A stretch of DNA of 12,639 nt from Candidatus Nanohaloarchaea archaeon (GTDB lineage: Archaea > Nanohalarchaeota > Nanosalinia > Nanosalinales > Nanosalinaceae). The first letter of the stretch is position 1. Each line of letters begins with the position of its first letter. The notes below the pieces were generated by a model. That model worked only from the letters and a program-made list of their open reading frames with translations. It was not told the DNA's origin and ran no database searches. This document shows, one piece after another, positions 6,240 through 12,639 of this stretch. A program made the translations under genes and the position numbers. The stretch spans positions 1 through 12,639 of the forward strand of contig JBEQBC010000018.1 in NCBI GenBank assembly GCA_041640035.1, read 5' to 3'.

Positions 6240-6524
6240 ATGCGTAGAAAAGTTGCAAGAGGTGGTATACACGGCCTAATATTCCTACTACTTGCATACG
6301 CCGTTGTATACACTCAGGGTTACGGAGGAAATAGCCTGATTGCTATAATGTACATAATAATTCTCGCAACAATCTGGATGGAAGTGAAAGATGAGATCGA
6401 GCTCCCGGATAGCAGATTCCTTGAGCGCATCGTGATAGTCTCCGAAGGAGAAGACCTGAAGATGAGAAAGGTCTTCACAGGTGAAAAATACAAGGTGAAC
6501 GGTAGCATCCAGAAACTGGATTAA
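6240..6524 (+). CDS. Hypothetical membrane protein (2 TM plus a soluble C-terminal tail)
   Basis: ATG 6240 (MRRKVARGG) is preferred over TTG 6231; two hydrophobic helices; 4-nt convergent overlap at TTAA. Confidence 0.7.
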   Translation: MRRKVARGGIHGLIFLLLAYAVVYTQGYGGNSLIAIMYIIILATIWMEVKDEIELPDSRFLERIVIVSEGEDLKMRKVFTGEKYKVNGSIQKLD

Positions 6525-7306
6525 TCATATCTGAAGCTTGTTACATTGTTACCCCAGCCATCCACCAATGTAATCTTATCACCGTAGTCATAGAGCTGGA
6601 TAGCAGATGTGGAAAGATCTGTGTACTCCTTGCTGATACCGTCTACACCTAGAACCAGTTCCTCACCAGCTTCCAGATTCACTGATTCGAAAGTGTAGTA
6701 ACCCCGGTATGCTTCCTTGGATTTCTTGGAATGTATCTTCCAGCCATCGATAGATACTTCTGTATCTTCTTCGTTCGTGATATTGAGTGTCGTGGTGTTG
6801 GCGTCCTGCTCGATCTTGATTTCAGCCGTTTTGTTCTCTACTATCGCTGCTTTTCTCCTGTCGAGTACTTTTTTCTTCTCGTTCAGAAGTTGGGTTAGGC
6901 CGGATTTGACCTGTTCTACCTTCGTTCTGTTCATTCCATTGAATTCTTCGAATCTTTTACCTTCTCTGTAACCGGTTTTCAGTACTCCGTAAGGTGTTTC
7001 CACCTTGGTATATGTTGTATTGGGGGAGCTGTATTCGGTTAGTTTGCCTTCAGGGCTTTCTACCGTTATCTCTTTGCTTTCAGGTGTTGAGACTGAGATA
7101 GTCTGTGATTTATGGTCGGAGATCTTGAGTTTTCTTTTTGATTCGGATGAGGAGAAGGAGAATGTATCGCCTAGATCAGTTGTTATCTTCTTTACTATGC
7201 CTTCGTTCTTCTTGTCGTTTATGACGATTTCTTCTGATGCTGCTGGTACAGCTAGAACTGATATAGCTAGTAGAGAAAGCATAACTGCCTCGCGGTACTC
7301 GCCCAT
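6521..7306 (-). CDS. Secreted protein with a C-terminal lamin-tail (LTD)-like domain
   Basis: Sec signal peptide (LSLLAISVLAVPAAS). The C-terminus LNITN...VSIDGWKI...YTF...LEAGE...GDKITLVDGWGNNV...Y follows the LTD pattern. Confidence 0.75.
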   Translation of the reverse strand: MGEYREAVMLSLLAISVLAVPAASEEIVINDKKNEGIVKKITTDLGDTFSFSSSESKRKLKISDHKSQTISVSTPESKEITVESPEGKLTEYSSPNTTYTKVETPYGVLKTGYREGKRFEEFNGMNRTKVEQVKSGLTQLLNEKKKVLDRRKAAIVENKTAEIKIEQDANTTTLNITNEEDTEVSIDGWKIHSKKSKEAYRGYYTFESVNLEAGEELVLGVDGISKEYTDLSTSAIQLYDYGDKITLVDGWGNNVTSFRYD

Positions 7307-7332
7307 GTTCGGCTTGTGCCTACCCGTTCTTT

Positions 7333-8334
7333 TTAAAGCTCATCGTAGTGGTTCTTGAAAACTATAAGCGAGGACTTGAACACTCCGATCGCTATAGGTC
7401 CTACAAACAGTCCAGCGATTCCAAACACATATATTCCGCCTATTACTCCGACCAGGATTACTGCAGGATGTAGATCTGCGCCTCTATCTACGATCAATGG
7501 TCTGAGGAAGTTGTCTACCAGGTTGACGATCAGGAATCCGTAGATTGCTAGCAGGATGGCGGCGCTTGGCTGTCCTGTGAGGAACAGGTAGATGGAGGCT
7601 GGTCCCCAAACTAGGACTGTTCCGATGATCGGGATGAAGGCCAGTATTATCATTATGAATGTCCAGAATCCCCAGTTCGGTACACCTGTTACCACCAATC
7701 CAGCTCCTGCTATTATTCCCTGGATTATCGCGACCAGGACATGTCCTTTGACGACTGCCCATGTTGTTTTCTCTACTCTGTGGTATAGCATGTCCTGTAG
7801 GTCGTTCGGCATCGGTGTTACGCCTTTTATCCATGACACCAGTTGTGCTCCGTCCTTTAGGAAGTAGAATATCAGGAATATCATGAAGAATATCCCGATC
7901 GAGAAATGTGTGACCGCTGAGAACAGTTCTGATACTCCGCCGAATGTTATATCAGAGAAGCTGGCGAAGAAGTTGTTTGATAGTTGGCCTAGTGCTATAT
8001 CCTGTCCTGTATGCTGTTTTATGAAGTCCTCTGCGCGGGTTATGTTTACGATTTCAGATTCGTTGAGATCCTGTGAAAGCTGTGTTGCGTCTTCAATTAC
8101 AACCAGTGAGACAAATATGAATGGCACAACCGCAAGAAGAATCGTGAGAGCAAGAACAAGTCCCGATGATAGATGTGGGCCGATATAAGGCTCTAATCTT
8201 TTGTAAAGCGGATATGAAACGAATGAAAGTATCACAGCAATAAGCACAAAACCTGTAAACGGTTCTACCATCAGAAAAGAGATAAATCCTAGAACCAGGA
8301 TAAGAGAGAGTAGAAAAGCTTTTTTCAGATTCAT
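7333..8334 (-). CDS. AI-2E (UPF0118) family transporter
   Basis: YPLYKRL, FYFLKDG, VAIIQG, FIPIIGT..VWGP, VDNFLRP, LHP....GVIGG...FG..GLFVGP. Confidence 0.93.
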   Translation of the reverse strand: MNLKKAFLLSLILVLGFISFLMVEPFTGFVLIAVILSFVSYPLYKRLEPYIGPHLSSGLVLALTILLAVVPFIFVSLVVIEDATQLSQDLNESEIVNITRAEDFIKQHTGQDIALGQLSNNFFASFSDITFGGVSELFSAVTHFSIGIFFMIFLIFYFLKDGAQLVSWIKGVTPMPNDLQDMLYHRVEKTTWAVVKGHVLVAIIQGIIAGAGLVVTGVPNWGFWTFIMIILAFIPIIGTVLVWGPASIYLFLTGQPSAAILLAIYGFLIVNLVDNFLRPLIVDRGADLHPAVILVGVIGGIYVFGIAGLFVGPIAIGVFKSSLIVFKNHYDEL

Positions 8335-8355
8335 AATGAACTTCTTAACCTCGAA

Positions 8356-9549
8356 TTACATAAAAATACCGAGGCCCGAAATCTCAAGCAAAACAGGAAC
8401 TATCAAAACCGCCATACAAGCCCTTCTCTGATCCCATCTCTGCGCCAGCAAACCTAGAGAAGAAGCAGTCAGGAAGATCAAAACACCGACAGACCCGGTC
8501 AAGAACACCACTACCGAAACTATAGTTATCATGACAAGGATCGATAGCTTGCCGAAATCAACATTTGAGATCCGGTCAGCTGCAAAGCTGGAGACCTTCA
8601 ATGCGATCGGGAAGGAAATCAGGACCGAACAGATACCCAATCCGATAAGAACTATCATCTCGGAAATTCCGATTTCTCGGAGAGTTTGAACAGCTACAGA
8701 AGCACCTGAACGAGGACTGCCAATCAAATAGAGAGCGAGGAAAGACACCACAATATCCGAAGTATTCACAGCTCCCAAAGCAGCTAGGAACCTTCTTCTT
8801 GAACTATCCATCAAAGGTGCTAGGAATGAGGTTGATGTTGCAGCTCCTATCCCCGGAACTATACCTGCCAGAAGCCCCGCGAAAAGACCTGTGATACCAC
8901 CTTTTGCTGCTTCTTTTCTGTCGGGTTTAATGTCTTCTTGCTCCGGTATATCCAGTTCCTTGGTGTAGGCCTTGGCTAAGGCTGGTGCTGCGAAAAGCCC
9001 TGTGAAGACAGGTATCAAGGAGTTGTGTGATCGAACCGGCGCCTCAAACACCATTAATCCAAGAATTCCGGACATCACTGCTATGTTGGCGGATTTCGGT
9101 ATGCTGGGCGAATGGAATATCATGAATAGGAGGAAGAAGCCCAGAACATAAGGCAGAAAAGTTTCGAAAATCGGATAGTAGTTCTTTGCTGCGTACCAAA
9201 TTAGTGGAAGTAGGAGTAGCAGTGCTGCTATTGAGACTATTCCTCCGTATGCTGTGTATCTGAATGCTTCCAGACCTTTACCGTTGAGCGCCATTTCTGC
9301 TCCTGGAGGTGAGGAAAGCGCGGCTTCTGCCTCAGGTGTTCCAAGAAATATGGCAGGTATGAAGTCGTTGAATGTGTGAGATACAGATATCCCTACTATA
9401 AAGCTAATATAGGTCCAGAAGCTCATATTTCCACCGAGGTAGAATGGTAGAGTTGTGAATACGACCGTGTTGGGATGTATTCCTGGTACGAGTCCTGTGA
9501 ATACGCCTAGAAGTATTCCTGGTAGTATCATCAGGGCTTCTGGTATCAC
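8356..9549 (-). CDS. Tripartite tricarboxylate transporter permease, archaeal TctA-like (DUF112/COG1784)
   Basis: GVFTGLVPGIHPN, HTFNDFIPAIFLGTP, second repeat GIVPGIGA, G.PRSG; about 11-12 TM; GTG start. Confidence 0.88.
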   Translation of the reverse strand: MIPEALMILPGILLGVFTGLVPGIHPNTVVFTTLPFYLGGNMSFWTYISFIVGISVSHTFNDFIPAIFLGTPEAEAALSSPPGAEMALNGKGLEAFRYTAYGGIVSIAALLLLLPLIWYAAKNYYPIFETFLPYVLGFFLLFMIFHSPSIPKSANIAVMSGILGLMVFEAPVRSHNSLIPVFTGLFAAPALAKAYTKELDIPEQEDIKPDRKEAAKGGITGLFAGLLAGIVPGIGAATSTSFLAPLMDSSRRRFLAALGAVNTSDIVVSFLALYLIGSPRSGASVAVQTLREIGISEMIVLIGLGICSVLISFPIALKVSSFAADRISNVDFGKLSILVMITIVSVVVFLTGSVGVLIFLTASSLGLLAQRWDQRRACMAVLIVPVLLEISGLGIFM

Positions 9550-9613
9550 TGGATTTCATCCAGTTTTTTCTGCCGTCACTAATTAAAGCTTGGAAGCCGG
9601 TTTTCTGTTTATT

Positions 9614-9922
9614 ATGTTTGGCGGACAGGATATGTCGAAGATGATGAAGCAGATGGGAATGGATATGGATGAAATCGATGCAGATAAAGTCACAATCGAA
9701 GTAGGTGATAAGAAACTGGTTTTCGAGAATCCTAGCCTTTCCAAGATTGAAGCCCAGGGACAGGAGATCTTCCAGCTACAGGGAGACTACAGCGAGGAAC
9801 AGTCAGTAAGCGAAGAAGATGTAGAACTCGTAATGCAGAAAACCGAGGCCTCCGAAGAAGAAGCGAAAGAAGCTCTAGAAGATAACGATGATGTCGCGGG
9901 CGCAGTTATGCAGCTTCAATAA
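9614..9922 (+). CDS. nac: Nascent polypeptide-associated complex protein (aNAC)
   Basis: MMKQMGMDM.EIDA..V.I, FENP, GQEIFQ.QG, C-terminal UBA-like EEDVELVMQKT...EEAKEALE...DVAGA; start ATG 9614 (MFGG). Confidence 0.95.
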   Translation: MFGGQDMSKMMKQMGMDMDEIDADKVTIEVGDKKLVFENPSLSKIEAQGQEIFQLQGDYSEEQSVSEEDVELVMQKTEASEEEAKEALEDNDDVAGAVMQLQ

Positions 9923-9946
9923 AAACAAAGTAATTTCCTTTTTTCT

Positions 9947-10726
9947 CTATTCTCTGATCGAACTAAGAACTATTTTGTCGTAGATTCTATCAGGAACTAG
10001 TGTTTTCAGCTTCGGGAAAGCGGATGAACCTTTTCCTACTCGGTAACGGGTATCCGGATTTTTCTCTGTAGCTGCTTTCGCCACTGTTTCAGCAGCTTTC
10101 TCCGGGTCACCACCGTTGATCATGGAGTCATTCAGTATATTTTCGTAGTCCTCAGCGTAGATCGAATCAGGTACATACTTCATCAAAGCATCCCTGGCAG
10201 TCTGATTGAAACCCGTCTTGAAAGCACCAGGCTCAACCACCACTACATCTACTCCTTTATCACCGACTTCCATTCTAAGTGAGTCGCTGAGAGCTTCTAT
10301 AGAATGTTTGGTGGCACTGTAGACCCCGTAATAAGGCAGGGTTACTTTTCCAACCACTGAGGACATGTTGACTACTCTGCCGTTTCTCTCCCTGAGCATC
10401 GGCATAGCCTGTCTAATCAGATTTAATGTGCCGAAAACATTCGGTTTGAAGATCGATTCAACTGTATCCGAACTCATATCCTCCAGAGAACCCAGTTCGT
10501 AGTATGCTGCAGAGTTAATCAATACATCGAACTCCTCCTGGCTTAAAATGTACTCTACCCTGTCCTCATCATATACATCACCGTGATAAGTTTCAATATC
10601 ATCGGGAAGTTCACTTAGAGCCTCTTCATCAATATCCATTCCTTTGACTTGATGGCCTTCAGCTTTCAGTTTGAGAGCTGTTCCTTTTCCGATACCTGAT
10701 GCGATACCGGTGATGAAGATTTTCAT
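9947..10726 (-). CDS. Classical short-chain dehydrogenase/reductase (substrate unknown)
   Basis: TGIASGIG, INSA, NMSS, YSATK catalytic motif, VEPG..KT.F. Confidence 0.93.
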   Translation of the reverse strand: MKIFITGIASGIGKGTALKLKAEGHQVKGMDIDEEALSELPDDIETYHGDVYDEDRVEYILSQEEFDVLINSAAYYELGSLEDMSSDTVESIFKPNVFGTLNLIRQAMPMLRERNGRVVNMSSVVGKVTLPYYGVYSATKHSIEALSDSLRMEVGDKGVDVVVVEPGAFKTGFNQTARDALMKYVPDSIYAEDYENILNDSMINGGDPEKAAETVAKAATEKNPDTRYRVGKGSSAFPKLKTLVPDRIYDKIVLSSIRE

Positions 10727-10748
10727 AAGTATATAGAAGATTAGGGTT

Positions 10749-10774
10749 TGACAGGGTTTAACTTTAACCTGTCA
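10749..10774. repeat. Perfect 7-bp inverted repeat TGACAGG-N12-CCTGTCA between secD and the SDR gene
   Basis: Arms at 10749-10755 and 10768-10774; spacer GTTTAACTTTAA; begins 4 nt after the secD stop on the - strand. Confidence 0.75.
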
Positions 10775-10778
10775 GTTT

Positions 10779-12368
10779 TTACCCTTCGAAATGTTCCAGG
10801 ATTTTGGCGTAAGCCGGTCTCGTGATGGATATTCCTATCAGGATACCTATAATTGTCGTGACGGCGAATCCACGTACATCCTGAAGCGCATAACTGTTTG
10901 TGGAGATCTGAGAGATTGTGAATGAAACTACCACTGCTAGGGCTCCTATCGCCATAAGATGCAGGTTCTTCGAACGCTTGTATCCGGTGTATGCAAGGAT
11001 TGAGACGCCTGCTGCACCGACAAGCATGTTAACCTGTGTAGGGTTGATCAATGGAAGCATCGCACCTATAGTGGATGCTGCAGATGTGAAGATCGCGAAG
11101 AACGCGTTCTTGATCTTCTTCCTCCAGTCAGTTAGCGCTTCTTTCTCTGATTCGTCCTTGATTATAATCTGATCGTCCACTCCCGTACCGACTGCTGCGA
11201 TGATTCCTGCAATAGATGCCAGGTTGAGTGTTGCAACCGTTGAGAACCAGGCACCCAAGAGAACTATAACTTCTGATGAACCGGTAAGTACAATCGGTAG
11301 AGCTGTGGAAAGCTCTCTATATCTGATGTAAACCAGTCCTCCGGTTGCAAGCACTGAGGCCACGATTGCTGCGAATGCTGCCGTCATGAACTGTGTTCCT
11401 CTCTGAGCCGAGTATGTCGAGTTACTTTCTACGACTACAGAGTGGTCCAGTGTTCCTGAGCTGAGAATTGCCTGTAGCTCGCGCATATCGGCTCTTGCCT
11501 GTGACTGTGTTTCTGCTCCTCCTGTGATGGAGGGCTGTGCTTCTTCGCTGTTCGCGAAGAGGGATGCGACATTCAGTGCGGATCTTCTTTCTCCATCTAC
11601 ATATAGTCTTAGCTGTGCTGCTTCTCCGTTTTCGAATGTCAGCCACTGCCCTGAATCTAGGTAGTTTGAGTATACCTGTGTGGTTCTACCTGCTGCGTCA
11701 TTTGATAGCTGGATAGGGAAGCTGAAACTGTACCCTCCACTTTGAGCGCTCTGTACTCTTGCGTCCGAGTTGATTACTGATAGTACATCTTGGCCGTCGT
11801 ATGCTACTACCTCGATTAATGCTCTTTCTTCAGTATTGTTTATGTAGTAGAAGGTTGTGTTGTCGAGCGTAAAGTTGGTTTCTGGCTGGTATTCCGTACC
11901 ATTTACTTCTACTGATTCGTTCTGTTTGACGAACTGGTAGGTGTTGTCGATTGTGAAGGTCTGGGTATCTGTTACGCGTATCGGCATTCTTGCCTCGAAG
12001 TTTCCTTTCTGTGTTAATATCTCTTCAATCTCATCGGGATCATCTGTGGCTGCTTCTACTTGTATGTTCCAGTTGCCTCCTACCTGTACGGGTTGGACTT
12101 CTGACTGGGTTAGTCCTAGTCCTGATACTCGGCTCTGTAATGTGTTTGCTATGCTCTGTGCGTCGTCTTCGGTTACACTGGTCTTGTTTATGGATACAAG
12201 TACGCTGACTCCTCCCTGGATCTGTAGTCCTCTGTTAAGGTTGGTTTCCATTACCGGTTCTCCCTGTTCGTTTTCTGCCTGTACCGGTCCTAGAGCTATT
12301 ATTGATCCTGTAAGTGCGATTATCAGTACCCAGATGCGCCATTCCTTAAGTAGTGGTTTCAGATCCAT
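10779..12368 (-). CDS. secD: Protein translocase subunit SecD (archaeal)
   Basis: LKEWRIW N-terminal TM, LNRGLQIQGG, LQSRVSGLGL, large extracellular domain, LSSGTL, LNLASIAGIIAAVGTGVDDQIII, RGFA.TTIIG...ITRPAY. Confidence 0.93.
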   Translation of the reverse strand: MDLKPLLKEWRIWVLIIALTGSIIALGPVQAENEQGEPVMETNLNRGLQIQGGVSVLVSINKTSVTEDDAQSIANTLQSRVSGLGLTQSEVQPVQVGGNWNIQVEAATDDPDEIEEILTQKGNFEARMPIRVTDTQTFTIDNTYQFVKQNESVEVNGTEYQPETNFTLDNTTFYYINNTEERALIEVVAYDGQDVLSVINSDARVQSAQSGGYSFSFPIQLSNDAAGRTTQVYSNYLDSGQWLTFENGEAAQLRLYVDGERRSALNVASLFANSEEAQPSITGGAETQSQARADMRELQAILSSGTLDHSVVVESNSTYSAQRGTQFMTAAFAAIVASVLATGGLVYIRYRELSTALPIVLTGSSEVIVLLGAWFSTVATLNLASIAGIIAAVGTGVDDQIIIKDESEKEALTDWRKKIKNAFFAIFTSAASTIGAMLPLINPTQVNMLVGAAGVSILAYTGYKRSKNLHLMAIGALAVVVSFTISQISTNSYALQDVRGFAVTTIIGILIGISITRPAYAKILEHFEG

Positions 12369-12639
12369 GGTATCCTGTCTCCGTATTTTTCAAAGTCTCC
12401 GTTCACATATTTTGAAAGTATTACTCCGTTTCCAAGGTAGGTCAGTGGGATGTCTGCCATCAGGCCTATTACCATGACGGCTGAAATCCTTGAGAGCTCT
12501 GTAGGTCCAACGATTGCTATTGAGACTAGGTATAGTAGGCTGAATCCTGCTATTCCTCCTGAGCTCATTGTTATTCCTGTCTTGGTTGCGCTCCATAGTT
12601 TTTCTTTGACTGAGCCTCTTCTCTGCTTCAGGACTCTCA
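12359..12639 (-). CDS. secF: Protein translocase subunit SecF, 3' part only
   Basis: The frame is open to the window edge: RVLKQRRGSVKEKLWSATKTGITMS...ISAVMVIGLMADIPLTYLGN, typical of archaeal SecF TM5-6. It overlaps the secD start by 10 nt (secFD order). Confidence 0.9.
   Translation of the reverse strand, partial: RVLKQRRGSVKEKLWSATKTGITMSSGGIAGFSLLYLVSIAIVGPTELSRISAVMVIGLMADIPLTYLGNGVILSKYVNGDFEKYGDRIPWI

Noticed and set aside
590-12596. Numerous antisense or alternate-frame ORFs (e.g. 590-862, 1120-1374, 2197-2592, 4801-5112, 7484-7834, 11941-12477, 12390-12596)
   Set aside because: They overlap well-supported genes, lack motifs and do not have the acidic composition of the real proteins; they are shadow ORFs.
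1-12639. CRISPR arrays, IS elements, proviral genes
   Set aside because: No regularly spaced repeats, transposase, integrase or viral hallmark ORFs were seen.

Overview
Gene-dense archaeal chromosomal DNA of moderate GC, with acidic proteins, haloarchaea-like enzymes and very short spacers. These traits best fit a Nanohaloarchaeota (DPANN) genome, which is an inference. The window holds about 20 CDS and one intronless tRNA-Ser(GCT). In order: a membrane-anchored wHTH protein (5'-truncated), beta-carbonic anhydrase, aMBF1, ROK glucokinase, a His-containing membrane protein, tRNA-Ser, a CdpB-like PRC barrel, a small membrane protein, an HTH regulator, MazG-like NTP pyrophosphatase, lumazine synthase RibH, OGG1-type glycosylase, a CPxCG zinc finger, a small membrane protein, a secreted lamin-tail-domain protein, an AI-2E transporter, an archaeal TctA, NAC, an SDR, SecD and the 3' end of SecF. 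I see no mobile element, CRISPR array or defence system. The region is mostly housekeeping and I cannot demonstrate a new system. The best leads are (i) an orphan ribH translationally coupled to a MazG-like gene beside a DNA-repair glycosylase, (ii) a SecD with an apparent two-helix membrane insertion, (iii) a membrane-tethered wHTH protein with an MxxMxxM loop, and (iv) several palindromes that overlap promoters.
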